This document shows positions 1 through 12,383 of a stretch of 64,000 nucleotides of DNA, piece by piece. Where the stretch lies: the NCBI GenBank assembly GCA_013239625.1, contig MU054122.1, forward strand, positions 522,773-586,772, in the 5' to 3' direction. Made by a program: the position numbers and the translations under genes. Below the pieces are notes generated by a model that did no database searches, was not told where the DNA came from, and was given only the letters and a program-made list of their open reading frames with translations. This stretch comes from Lama guanicoe (taxonomy: Eukaryota). The number at the start of each line of letters is the position of its first letter. Position 1 is the stretch's first letter.

Positions 1-289
1 CTGGGTACGCGGGGGGGGGGGTCATCCCCATGCCGTGCGGAGGAGAGGTTCGGAGGGCACCAGATGGGAGAAAATCGGACCTGGTCCACTTGGATCCTGA
101 TCTGGGCTCTGGGCACCCGGCTCAGGCGGCACTACAAGCCTGATCCCAGGAACTGAGATAATTTTGAGGAAGATGTTCCTATAGGGGAGGAGGAGTCTGA
201 GGTGTGCCTGGGGAAGAAATATTGAAAATTGTTCCAATTTGGTGAAAACTATGAGCTACTATTTTAAAAGGCATTTTCACTGAAAAAGA

Positions 290-2200
290 AGTAAAACTAT
301 TTGCAAGTGACAACACTGTGTTGTTAGAAAAGCCTAAGGGATCCACAAAAAAGCTACTGGAACTAGTTGCAGGATACAAGGTCAGTATAACAAAAATCAG
401 CCCTTTTATACAGTCTAGAAAAGAACAACCAGAAATTAAAATTTAAAGTAAAACTCTATATATATTCAGTACCTTGTAATGGCTTATAAAAAAAAGAATG
501 TAAAAAGGAATATATATAAGTATGTATAACTGAATCACTATGCTGTACACCAGAAATTAATGCAACATTGTAAATCAACTATACTTCAATAAAAAATTTA
601 AAAAATAAAAATAGCTTTCTAAATAAAATCAATAAAGTAAAACTATATAATGCTTATCAGCATCCAAAAACATGAAATATAGAGGGATACATTTGACAAA
701 AACATGCAAGACATGTGCACTGAACACTGAATCACTGTCGAGAGAAATCAAAGACTTTAATAGCTATTTCACATTCATGAATTGGAAGATTCAGTATTAC
801 TAAACTGTCAGTTCTTCCCGGATGTCAGCAGAATGTTTGTTAATTTGACAAGGTAACTCTAAAATTTATACAGAAATGCATAGGAAGAACCAAGTTGGAG
901 CACATACATATCTGTTTTCAAGACTTAGTATAAAACTACAGTTTTCAGGACAGTGTGGTAGGCATAAGGATAGATACATAGATCAATGAATAGAGTCCAG
1001 CCCCCCCATACATATGGTAACTGATTTTCAACAAAGATGAAAAGGTAAGACTTTTCAACAAAAGGTGCTATCCACATGAAATAAAATAAAAAAGAACCTT
1101 GACCCTTACCTTACACCATAGACAAGTATTAATTCGATATAGATCATAGATCTAAGCATAAAAGCTAAAACTCCAAAACCTCTAGAAGAAAAGAGCAGAA
1201 TCTTTGTGACCTTGGGGAAGGTACAGATTTCTTAGATACCAGGACCCAAAAAAGGCATTACTCATAAAAGAAAAGACAGATGGAACTTCATCAAAATGTA
1301 GTACTTCTGTTATCCCAAAGATATCATTAAAAAAGTGAAAATATTCACAATACATGTATCTGACAAGGAACTTGTACCCAGAATACATAATCAGTTATAA
1401 CTAAATAATACAATAAGCCTTTTTTTAAATGAGCAAAAAGTTTGAACTGACACGTCATAAAGAAGACATGAAAACGATAGCACATGTGAAGATGCTCATC
1501 TCACTAGTCATTAGGGAAATGAAAATTAACCCCCCAATGAGCTATCACTACATCTAATATTTTAAAATGTTGGCAAGGATGTGGAGCAATTGGCATTCTC
1601 ATACATGGCAAAAGAGAATACTACTTTGAAAACAAAAATTGTCAATTTCTTAAAAAGATCAACATACACATATGACCCAGCAATTGCATTCCTAGGTATT
1701 TAACCAAGAGAATGAAAACAGGTCCACGCAAAGACTCGGACACCAGTGTTCATAGCAGTTTTATTTAGAGAAACCCCAAACTGAAAATAATCTATGGGTC
1801 CATCAACATATGAACGGATAAATGAATTGTAGAATATTCATATGATGGGATTATGACTCAGCATTGAAAAGGAACAAACTACTGTACACACAACATGAAT
1901 GAATCTCATAAACTCTATGCTGAGCAAAAGCAGACAGAAAAGATGATAGTATATGATGACATTTATATGAGACTAGAAAAGAGAAATCTACTCTACAGTG
2001 ATTAAAAAAAACAGAAAAGTTGTTGGCTGGTGCTGGGGATATGTGTGAAGACGAGTGCACATAGACACAGGTATCTTTTTGGAGTAATGTAACTGTTCTC
2101 TTTGCTGATTGTGGTGTCACACAGGTATACATGTTTGTCAAAACTCATCATCCTAAAAATACAAAGCAGATGCATTTTATGCATAGAAGTTATTACTTAG
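290..2200 (+). mobile_element. Old L1M fragment (ORF2 3' part and 3' UTR)
   Basis: A-rich degenerate L1 ORF2 motifs: gttgcaggatacaaggtcag, tatgacccagcaattgcattcctaggtattt, tgttcatagcagttttatt. Confidence 0.85.
456..632 (+). mobile_element. Short younger L1 3' end nested in the old L1M
   Basis: aactgaatcactatgctgtacaccagaaattaa...aactatacttcaataaaaaa plus A-rich tail; flanked by the 12-bp direct repeat TAAAGTAAAACT (444-455, 633-644). Confidence 0.85.
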
Positions 2201-2211
2201 AGTTGATTTTA

Positions 2212-2710
2212 TTTCTTTGTTGGTTTTTATTGCTATTGTCTTGGGGGAGTGTAATTAGATTTATTTATTTAATTAATTTTTTTAAGCCAAGAGATTTATT
2301 ATTTCACCAATAATTAAGGGTATACTAGTTTGTGTTTCTCAAAATAATACTAAATTATTTAAGACACAGTATTACAATAGTCATACATTCAATGGAGAGA
2401 GGACAAGAACTCACCCTAGACTAACGTGCCTTACTATACATCTAAATCAGTGGGAAATATTTTTCCAGTTATTCTTGAGAAAAACACTGGGTGAGTCAAA
2501 GGCTGAAAAGCTTTGCTTAAAAAAACCCTGTGTGTACAGGATAAGTTAGAACCTCAAAAACCAGATTAAAAACTGGCAAAGTAAAACAAATGAGAAAAAC
2601 TGGTTAAACATTTAGGTTTATATATTTTTAATGGAGGCACTGGAGATTGAACCCAGGATCTCGTGCATGCTAAGCACACATTCTACCACTGAACTATATA
2701 ACCTTCCCCC
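2212..2710 (-). mobile_element. tRNA-Ala-derived SINE (camelid Vic-1-like), interrupted by an insert at 2271-2611
   Basis: tRNA head at about 2632-2710, tail at 2212-2270; TSD TAGAGTTGATTTTA (2198-2211) / TAGAATTGATTTTA (2711-2724). Confidence 0.85.
2271..2611 (-). pseudogene. Candidate retroposed polyadenylated fragment of unknown source
   Basis: Minus-strand AATAAA (2295-2300) lies 11 nt from an A7 tract (2277-2283); 14/16 direct repeat at 2255-2270 and 2612-2627. Confidence 0.55.
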
Positions 2711-3159
2711 TAGAATTGATTTTAAAGTATCATAAATAATAAATATTTTAAGTGTAAAATTTACACTATTTATATGTTTAGCATAAAACCCAAATTTTGT
2801 GGCAGAATGGGTTTGTATGTTGCAGTTAAGAGTTTCTCTTCCAATGATTCTTTAAAACATTGAATATATCACATGAGATGTAGCTCATTTTCACACTGGG
2901 TATTTTTTTTTAGAAAGTTGAATATAACATTTTAAAGAGAAAAAGTTTATCCTATAAAATAAATAACATGTCAACAGACTTCTAAAACTGTCCTTTAATT
3001 TACTATATATTATGTACAGATAGGTGGTACCAAAATGAATGAACAGTGGGGTTTGTCCTCATAAAAGCACTACTAAAAAGTGCTTTTTAATAGATGAAAA
3101 AATCCTTCAGATAAATGTATTCTAAGATAGTGTTTGAATCATGCCACCTTTCATACTCC

Positions 3160-3330
3160 AGGCACTTCCACTGATTTAATCCACGCAACAATCTTTACAA
3201 ACAGGTATTATTATCTCCATTCTCAAACAAGGTAATTGAAGTCTGGATTGATTAAGAAAATTGCCCAAGGTCATAAGCTAAGAAATAGAGATTTTTGAAG
3301 TTCTGTCTGACACCAAAGCCCACATTCCAT
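3160..3330 (-). mobile_element. MIR
   Basis: MIR core: caggtattattatctccatt...ttgcccaaggtcat. Confidence 0.7.
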
Positions 3331-4270
3331 CATCAGCTGCCGAGTAAAAGAAATTTGAAAAGTGAATCACAAAGCACTATGGGAATAACTTGTTAGGGGG
3401 GCTCCAAAAAGACTTCATGCAAGAAATCACTTTTGAATGCTTAAAGAATGAGTGATTCCAATAGACAGATGACAAGAGGCTATTTCAGGCTGAGAGGGCT
3501 CACTGTCAACCTGGGGGCAGGAAAACAAAGAAGTTTGAGGAAAAGTGAATCTTGCAGTTTAAGTGTTAAAAGTATCAGAAGAAAGAGAATAGAAATGTGC
3601 TGAGAACCAGCCTGTATCTAAAGACAGTAGTGAATTTCTGAACTTGAGAGAAGGAAAATCCTATTAAAAAATTTTTTTTTCCCCAAAGATTAATTTGGCA
3701 GCTGTGTATTGAATAGATTGGCACAAGAAGATGGCAGAAAGTGAGATCAGTTGTAGCCTAGGAAAGAAGGAACAAAGGCCAGATCGGTGGTCAGCTTCAG
3801 CATTTCAGCATGGAAAGGGGAGTGAATAAGGAGACAGTTCAAGACACAGCAGAGTTAAAAAAAAAAAAGTTTTTGGGTGAGCGAGCAATTAAGATCAGTG
3901 GAGGAATTTGGTTTCAAAGAAAGAAAAGACACTTACTTCTCAGACAGGAATAAAGGAAATGGAGATGGAGATACTGTGAGGCAGAAAAAAGAAAGTTGAA
4001 AGTAGGAATTTAAGGAAGGTGTCCTGAAAGCAAAGAAGGTTTGGAATAGCACTTTATGGATAATTTTGTTCAACTTCTCCAAACATCTTTTATCAGTCTA
4101 CAGATTAGTCCTTGTCTTTAGGATAAAAATTACTAGGCTTGCCTTCAGAGCTCTCTAGGATAATAACCTGAACCTAGGGATGCCAATTGAACGTTATCTC
4201 TTATTAAGTAACTGCCCCCAAAATTGTGTGAGTTAACCAGGCAGGACTATTCACTGTCCATAAGCTGATC

Positions 4271-4545
4271 TGACTCACAGGCATAGAAAAACTTGTGTTT
4301 GCCAAAGGGGAAAGTGGGGTGGGGGAGGTAAATTGGGCATTTGGGATTAGTAGATACAAACTACTATACACAGGATAGATGAACAAGTAAGTCCTACTGT
4401 AGAGCACAGGGAACTCTATTCAATAGCTTGTAATAACCTATAATGAAAAAGAACATATATATGTATAACTAAATCACTATGCTATATACCAGAAACTAAC
4501 ACAACATTGTAAATCAACTATACTTCAATAAAAAAAATTTTTTAA
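4271..4545 (+). mobile_element. L1 3' end (artiodactyl type)
   Basis: G-rich tract, gtcctactgtagagcacagggaactctattcaa, aactatacttcaataaaaaa. Confidence 0.85.
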
Positions 4546-5193
4546 CTGTGAATCCAAACCTCCATTCTTTCCACTCTACCGAAACTGATATTTTTCCTTC
4601 TTTCTTGTTTGTACAAATTTCATTCACTCTGCAAGTCTACACTGAATACCAGTTCTTTCAAGTGGCTTTCCCTGATCCTTTCAACTCATATTGGATCCTC
4701 CTTTTTCCCCAGTTCCTTTGTACTGATAATGTGTCACTCATTTTAGCATTTAATTATGTATTGTCTTGGCTTTTATTTAACTCACTCTTGTGTGCATTTT
4801 GTCAATGGGGGGAGAATTGCACATCAGAGATCATGAACTATATTTAATAAAAAATCCTTCTCAAAGACCAATTAATGTTTTGCAATTTTAATAGCTGTCT
4901 TGAGGTATAATTGACATACAGTAATGTGCATGTATTTAAAGTATACAATTTAATAAGCTTTGACATCTGTAACATCTGTGAAGCCTTCACCACACTCAAT
5001 ATAGTGAAATATACATTATCCCAAAGAGCTTCTCTGTGCTCACCCCGTCCACCCAACATTGTCCCCAAGCAACCACAGATCAGCTGTCCATCACTATAGA
5101 TTAGTGTGGGTTTTCAATAATTTTATATAAATGAAATCATACATTTTGTACTCCTTTTGTCTGGCTTATTTCACTCAGGATAATATTTTGAGC

Positions 5194-5360
5194 AGGTCCA
5201 GCTTCATGGTGCAGTCCCATGGGATCCTGTGCTTAAAAGGGCCTGGCACTTGGTTTAATGTCACTTGCTATCACTCTTTTGAAATTCTTAATAATATATG
5301 AACAAGAGAACCCATATTTTCATTTTGCTCTGTGTTCCACGAATTATGTAGCTGGTCCTG
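5194..5360 (+). mobile_element. MER45A-like hAT MITE
   Basis: Ends caggtccagct...agctggtcctg form imperfect TIRs; internal ttgaaattcttaataat...ttttcattttgc. Confidence 0.7.
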
Positions 5361-5944
5361 AGTTGGAGATCCAACCATGTTGTGCTGTGTATCAATAATT
5401 CACTTTCTTTGATTGCTGAGAAATACTCTATTGTGTGGATATCCCATTTGTTTATCTACTCACCACATAATTTGTTTATCCACTTGTATTTACACATTGT
5501 GTTTTTCCCAGTTGCAAATAAAGCATCCATGAACATTTGTTGACAAGTCTTTACATGGAGCTATGCTCTCATTTTTCTTAGGTAAATTCTTAGGGGTGAA
5601 ATGACTGGGTCACATGGTTGGTAGATGTCTAACATTTTAAAAAACTGCCCTAATGTTTTCCAAAGGAGTTATACCATTTAAACGCCCACCAGCACTGTAG
5701 GAGAGTTTCAGTTGCTCTGCCTCCTGGCCAACACTTGGTATGGTCAGTCTTTGAAATTTTATGTATTCTAATCGATGTGTTGTGCTATCTCACTGTGGTT
5801 TTAATTTTCATTTCCCTAATGACTAATGATGCTGAGCTGCTGCTTGTGTGCCTACTTGTCAACTGCATATTTTCTTTGCTTTAGAGACTGTTCAAACCAA
5901 TTGCCCATTTCCTTAGTGGTGTGATTTTGTTCTTACTAAGTTTT

Positions 5945-6078
5945 TTTAATTTAAAAAAATGGGGGGGTAGTTAGGTTTATTTATTTATTTATTTTAACAT
6001 AAGTACTGGGGATTGAACCCAGGACCTCATACATGCTAAGCACACACTCTACTGCTGAGTTACATGCACCCTGCCCCC
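5945..6078 (-). mobile_element. tRNA-Ala-derived SINE (Vic-1-like)
   Basis: gtactggggattgaacccaggacctc...; TSD CTTACTAAGTTTT / CTTATTAAGTTTT (5932-5944, 6079-6091). Confidence 0.88.
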
Positions 6079-8179
6079 CTTATTAAGTTTTGAGAGCACT
6101 TTATATATTCTGGATACAAGTCCTTTATCAGATACGTGATTGGCAATTTTTTCCCCCAGTTTGTGAGTTGCTTTTTTTCCTTAATGGCATTTTTCAAAAA
6201 GCAGAAGGTCTTAATTTTGATGAAGTTCTCTTTCCCAATTTTTTTCTTTGAGAGATTGTGGTTTTGGTGTCATATCTAAGGATCTTTGCCTAACCCAAGG
6301 TCACACAAGATTTTGTCCATTTTTCTTGTGGAAGGTTAATAGTTTAAAGTTCTACATTTAGGTCAATAATCCGTTTTGAGTTCATTTTTTATATGCTGTG
6401 AGACAGAGATTAAAGTTCATATTTTTGCCTATAGATATCCAAGTGTTCCAGCACCATTTCTTGAAAGCCTATCTTTTCTCCTCTGAATTATTTATTTACC
6501 TTTGTCAAAAATCAGTTGTCTATATATGTATGGATATGTATCTGAAATGTCTGTTTTGTTCCATTGATCTATTTGTCCATCTTTATACCAGTTACCATAC
6601 CATCCTGATTATCATGGCTTTATAACAAATCTAGCAATTAAATAGGGTTAGTGATGTGTGTTAGTGATGTTAATGATTTGTCATGCTTATTTTTAGCATG
6701 TAGTGATAAAACTTGATTAGGCTTGGTTTGGTTATTTTAGTAGGATAAAGCAATAATATCTTTAATGGGAAGTGATGTCATTAATTTAAGAGGAAAAAAA
6801 CCTTAAAAATTTAACCAATTTTTCTACTTGCAGATACCACAATAGGAATGAATATCAGGCAGAGATGAAGCTGATGGATTCAGGAGGAGAGTTAGTTATT
6901 TGTGCAATGTAGCAGAAGTGAGTAATGGACGTACAATTAAAAGCAAATACAAAAAAGAGAATGAGAACCAAATAGTTAACAGTGAGAAACCTCTAAACAT
7001 AGAAGTGTTGATCTAGAAAATGATAAATTGAGCACTGTGTTTTGGAAGGAATAATTTAATTTTGAATTAATTTAATTTTTTATTGGTGTGAAAATTGAGA
7101 CACAGTGATGTTGTTACCTAGAGCTTACTAGAACCTCCTCTAAAACAGCATCAATCATACAAATTTGGTTCTAGATAGACAATTGAAAGTCAAATCTTTG
7201 TAAGTAAAATCTTTCTGTTCTCTAGGTGCATTATTACAAGTAAGAACTTCATTACTGAAGAACCATTTCATATCTTACAAAATTGATCAGGAAAATGAAA
7301 TGAAACATACAATATGCTATTACAAACATTAATTATGTTAGACTAAACACAATTTAAAAAGTAGCATTTTATTTTATTTAGTTAGTTTTTAAATTTTATT
7401 TTATTGAGTTATAGTAAAAAAAAGTAGCATTTTAAATGCTCCTTTGGGGGACTATTTGCTACATAGGCATAGATATAGCCAGGGAATTTTAAAATGAAGC
7501 TGCCTTTTTTCTTGTTGTCAATTGCCTTTAGTGAGCAGATACATTTCTCACTGTACCTAGAAACTATGAGATACCTTTATGATTGGAGTCATCTGTTTTG
7601 AAATTCTGTGGCTTATTTTAACATGCAGGAAAGCCCCTGAAAAGTCTTTGATTCCTTGGTGAGGAGCAGATTCTTTATTTTCCAAAAGATCCTTCATGAT
7701 ACACCAGCTGCAAAACTGAGTCAGCGGAATTGCCATGAATCATGACCAGCTGGTGAGAGAATGGTGCTAATCCAGTTACCCAGCCTTTCACAGTTATTAG
7801 GTTAAAGGAAATATATAATCTTTATAATAGGAAAAGAGGCAAAGGTGGAAGTCAGGAGTTGAGCTATAAAGAATCAAGGGAGTTTATATTTCTTATAAAA
7901 CTATCCTTTGTTGTGAAAAGTCTATTTATAGACCCTTGCATTTTGAGAATGGGTCTAACCTGCTCAAAAAAAAAAAGTTAAACTTGTTAGTCAAAAAAAG
8001 CAGTTCTTTTAGAATTATCTATTAGGAAAGGTTGGGGAGATGGGGCAATCTTGCTGGGAATGGGCCGACGCTGTGGTTTTCAAACATTTTTATCTTTTTT
8101 CCATTTTTAAGTAATTGTCTAAAATGTTCCCTCAAAACTATAAATTGTTGCAAAGGATATTCTTTCTAGTGATTTTTAA

Positions 8180-9790
8180 ACAGCTTTATTGAGGTATAAT
8201 TGACATGTAATAGTCTGTACATACTTAAAATGTGCAATTTGATAAGTGCTGACATCACAAACTTCAATTTTGATAGAATTCACTATTAAATTCATGGGCC
8301 TAGAGATTTTTGTGGAGTTAAAGAATTGAATTTCTGTTTCTTCCTAACCCAGTTGTGATAACTTTTATTTCTAGCATTTTTTTTCCATTTCACCTATGTT
8401 GTCATATTCATTGGTGTAAAGTTTTTTAACAGAAAATTCCTTTATGAATGTTTTAATTTAATATTATTGAATTTCCATAATGTTTTACTTACAGGATCTA
8501 TAGTCATGCTGCTGCTTTAATTCCTGATACTGATAATTTGTGTGTTCCCTCTTTATTTTTTGATCTAAGTAGAGTTTTGCCAATTTTATTGATTTAAAAA
8601 AGATTAAATTTTGGTTTTATTGATTTTCTCTATTGTTTGTGTTTTATTTCATTGATTTTTGGTTTTATCTTTATTATTTCCCCTTTCTACTTATTTGAAT
8701 TTTTTTTCTTTCTTAAGTTTGCAGCTTAGCTCATAGATTTTATTCTACTTTATTTATTTAAAAATATTATGAAGGGTGATTTATTTACTTAGGTTTTTTT
8801 GAGGGGGAGGGAGGTAATTAGGTTTATTTATTTCTTTACTTTTGGAGGACGTACTGGGGAATACTAAGCATGCACTCTACCAGTTGAGCTATACCTTCCC
8901 CCTTCATTGAGTTTAGATCTTTCTAATATCTAATGCTTCAAGTATTCCTCTAAGCATCACTTTAATTGCATCTCACAAATTTTGATTGGTTGGTTTCACT
9001 TTCATCCAGTTCAAAATATTTTCTGATTTTTCTTTGACACAGAGGTTATTTAGAACTGTATTGTTTCATCTGTACATAAGTTGAACATTTTCAGATACCT
9101 TTGTTATCTTCCTGAGTTAATTCTGTTTTCATCAAGGAACAAAATCTATTTAATCTTATCCTTTAAATTATTTTGAGTCATTATAAAGCCAGCATATCTT
9201 TGTTACTGTTCTGTATCTACCTGGCAAGGATGTTTATCTTTCAGTGTTTGGGTGGGCCATCATAAATGTCAATTTGGTCAAGTTGGTTGAGAGTGTGCTT
9301 TGAGTCTTCTATGTAATTACTGATTTTCTATTTGCTTTATCTTTACCTGAGAAAGGAATATTAAAATAGCTAACAAAACTATGGATGTACTCAATAAAAA
9401 ACGACAAAACAAACAGGAAAACTACAGATGTATCTATTTCTCCTCTGTAAGTCTTGCTTCCTTTTTTTTCTTCAAGTTCTGTCATTAGGTTAATACACAT
9501 TTGCAACTATTATGTCTTTTCGGTGAATTTACCCCTTCATCATTCTGAAATGTCATTCACGATCCCATTTGGTTCTGTTTGGGTTTTCCCTCCCTGTGGC
9601 ACAGTCCAGAAACTGACCCTGACAGAAAGCTGTGGCTGTCATAGGGCTCACTGTTTGTTTCCTTTCTCCTTGGGCCACAGTCTGTTGTTTCAGATCTGAA
9701 ATCAACTGTCTCATGTATTTTCCCCCACGTCCTATTGGGTTATGGTGAAAAGGGAAGTCCAGATTCTGTTACTCCCTCGTGACTGGTAAT
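8180..9790 (-). mobile_element. Old antisense L1M fragments
   Basis: T-rich L1-like sequence: cagctttattgaggtataattgacat, ttttattgattttctctattg, gtcaagttggttgagagtg. Confidence 0.75.
8795..8902 (-). mobile_element. tRNA-Ala-derived SINE with internal deletion (B-box region missing)
   Basis: gggaggtaattaggtttatt...gtactggggaatactaagcatgcactctacc...gagctatacc; lacks the ttgaacccaggacc segment seen in the other copies. Confidence 0.8.
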
Positions 9791-9909
9791 GGAAGTGTGC
9801 CAATTTAATGACATGTTTACTATATTTAACAAATACTTGTGGAACCCTTACTGTGAAAAGCCTGAAAGTATAGAGATATGTGAGTCATCAACAAGTAAAA
9901 AGTTACAGT

Positions 9910-10416
9910 AGTATGGCAGCTTTCAAATATGGCCCCCAAATTCTTTAATACTCCTTCCATTGAGAGATGGATTTTATTTCCTTTCCCCTTGACTATAGAG
10001 GCTGCAACTGCTTATCCAGTAGGAAATGACTGAAATGCTCCTGTGTCCTCTTCCTAGCTCAGGTTCTGAAGAAACTGGCAGTCTCCCCTTCCCACCCCTT
10101 GCAATGCTCAGTCCAATATGCTGACACACAGGAAGTCCCACATAGATATTCTGGCCAACAGCCCCAATGGCCCAGCCAACTGCCAGCATCAATTCCCAGA
10201 CACAGCAGGGTGCACACCTTCAGATGATTGCAGCCCCAGGTGTAGAGTCATCCCAGCCTTTGAGTCACCCCTGCTGACACCATGTGGAAGAGAGATAAGC
10301 TGTGTCTGTGGAGCTCTGAACAAAATTTTGATTTGCAAGCAAAATAAATGATTTTTGTTGCCCTAAGTCACTAAATTTGGGGTGGTTTTTAATGTCGTAA
10401 AAGACACCTGGAACAA
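9910..10416 (+). mobile_element. MLT1-type MaLR LTR
   Basis: Begins tatggcag...atggcccccaaattc; ends taagtcactaaatttggggtggttt...ggaaca. Confidence 0.75.
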
Positions 10417-10947
10417 ATATAGTATCATTAAGTGCTGTGATAGAAATGGCCAGTAATCAACTAACTAACAAATATTTATGGCATATCTATTACAGCTCAG
10501 GTGCTGAGTTAGAACGGGCTTTGGGGAAGTGAAATCTGAGTGGAGGTTTGTTTAGAGAAGGTATAGAATCGGAGTAGGAAAGTCTTGTTTGAAGACGTGG
10601 AAAGTATGGGCCCAGTGGAAGGACTAAAGGAGAGAGTCTGAAAAAAAAAAGACTATGAAAAAAATGAAGTTCTCAGGGGCCAGTTCAGTGAGGATGTAAC
10701 ACCAAAGAATTCGGATTTAATTATTTCTTTCAAGCCTGTATTCCCCATAGGCTATACTCCCTAAAACCCTATCTCACATGGAGCTTTTATCTCTCTGATA
10801 TTTCCAGCATCTAGACTAGTACTTGGCACAAATAAAGAGTTAATAATTATTTATTGAATGACTGAAGAACCATATGAGAATTTTACAGGAATAACATAAT
10901 CAGATTTGTGTTTTAGAAAAATCATTCCAGCAGGGGTGTGAAGAATG

Positions 10948-11140
10948 GTGTTAGCTCGGCTGCCGTAAGAAAATATCATAGACTTAGTGGCTTTAACAGT
11001 AGGAATTATTATTATTTTATTTTATTTCTATTTTTACAGTTTTGGAGGCAGAAAATCTGAGATCGGGGTGCCAGCATGATCAGGTTCTGGGAAGGACTCT
11101 CTTCCTGGCTTGCATATACAGCTGCCTTCTTACTCATAAG
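10948..11140 (-). mobile_element. MLT1/MST-type MaLR LTR fragment
   Basis: ggctgccgtaagaaaatatcatagacttagtggcttta...tctgagatcggggtgccagcatg. Confidence 0.75.
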
Positions 11141-12129
11141 GCAGAGATTTTTGTAAGCATTCTTCCTACACTACAATGCTAATCCCGTTGTTGACATGTT
11201 GTAAACGTTCACAAGCCACGTTTGGAAATGTTTCAATTTTGGTAAATTAACATAATTTCAATTTACGTGCAAGATGCTCTAAGTCTGTTCCAAGTGGAAC
11301 GCAAAATTTCTAGCAGATGCTTCTTAAAATTTTTACATGATATAGACAATATTTTGTTAAATAAACTCACAAATAAAGTTACTAAATATTTAAAGTTATT
11401 ATTAGTCACGAATCAATCGGAAGCTCCATTTTTCAGTTTTCTTTTTTGGCTCGGCTTTGCGGGGTTATTGTAGACCTTCTTGGATTGTGCAACTGATTTT
11501 CCAATTCCCGTAACTGCTTAGTGGCTGCAGAGTTAGTCAGGAGGTGCCACCACCCAACTAGAAGTACTTTCGACAGTTTCTGAAGCCGGGCGATCGGGAC
11601 TCTGCGCAAGGTGCCAGCCTTCCAGCCTCTCCGAGGGAGCTGCGCGCCCTGACACTCCCCTCCTAGGGATTCGGGCCAATCCGTCCCGATCACTTGACTT
11701 CACCCAAGCAGGTTTCTTGTCACCGCAGACAGCAAATTGAACTCATAGCCTTTTTACTTAGCTGCGCCCCCACACCGAGTGAAGGAATTTGCATCTCCCC
11801 TCCATAGGGACCACAAAGTTAAGACAACCGACAGCGTGAGGGGAAAAGAGGGTCTCCCTCCAGCCAGACGCGACCCTTTTCTTTTTGCTCAGTCTGATTC
11901 ACGCCTGGGCTCGCTAGTCGGCTTCGGCGCGCCTGGAGGACCCCGTCCTCCGGAGGCTCATGGCCAAGGGCAAAGCAGAAAACTCAAGCATGACTGCCAC
12001 TCTCCTGTGCGGCTAATAAAAAGGAGGTCTTGACGGGGGGGCCCTTGGTTGGTCCTGTTTTGGCGGGGCAGGTTCCGGGTAGGTTCTGGACAGGCAGCGC
12101 CGTGGGCGCCCAGATTCCCGACAGGCTCC

Positions 12130-12343
12130 ACGCCGGGGGCCTTCTCGGCTCCTTTGCTGTTGCCGCCGCCGCCGCCGCTGCTGCCGTGGTTGTCGAGGGT
12201 CGGCGAGTGGAGGAGCTGTCGCAGACCCTGTGGAGTCCGTGTCGGTCGCTGTTTTGGCCTGAGGAGTCTTCCTACCTGAGTCGCACCTGGACTCCCGTGG
12301 TGTCGAGGGGGAGTCCCTGCGGACACCTCTGCACGCAGTGGAG
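12130..12343 (+). other. STAM: STAM 5' UTR part of exon 1 (TSS not determinable)
   Basis: GC-rich, ATG-free leader with a (GCC)n/(GCT) run at about 12162-12186, leading to gtggagATGc. The start coordinate is a guess. Confidence 0.6.
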
Positions 12344-12383
12344 ATGCCTCTCTTTGCCACCAATCCCTTCGATCAGGATGTTG
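12344..12383 (+). CDS. STAM: STAM coding exon 1 (MPLFATNPFDQDV)
   Basis: ATG at 12344; donor G|GTAGGT at 12384; phase 1. Confidence 0.97.

Larger units (their letters stand above)
4885..6660 (-). mobile_element. L1M 3' fragment containing a nested MER45-like element and a SINE
   Basis: Antisense L1 3' UTR/ORF2: tgaggtataattgacataca, ctcactgtggttttaattttcatttccctaatgactaatgatg. Confidence 0.85.

Noticed and set aside
3063..3087. 9-bp inverted repeat AAAAGCACT/AGTGCTTTT followed by Ts, resembling a terminator
   Set aside because: Eukaryotic intergenic DNA with an AT-rich stem; expected by chance in 64 kb.
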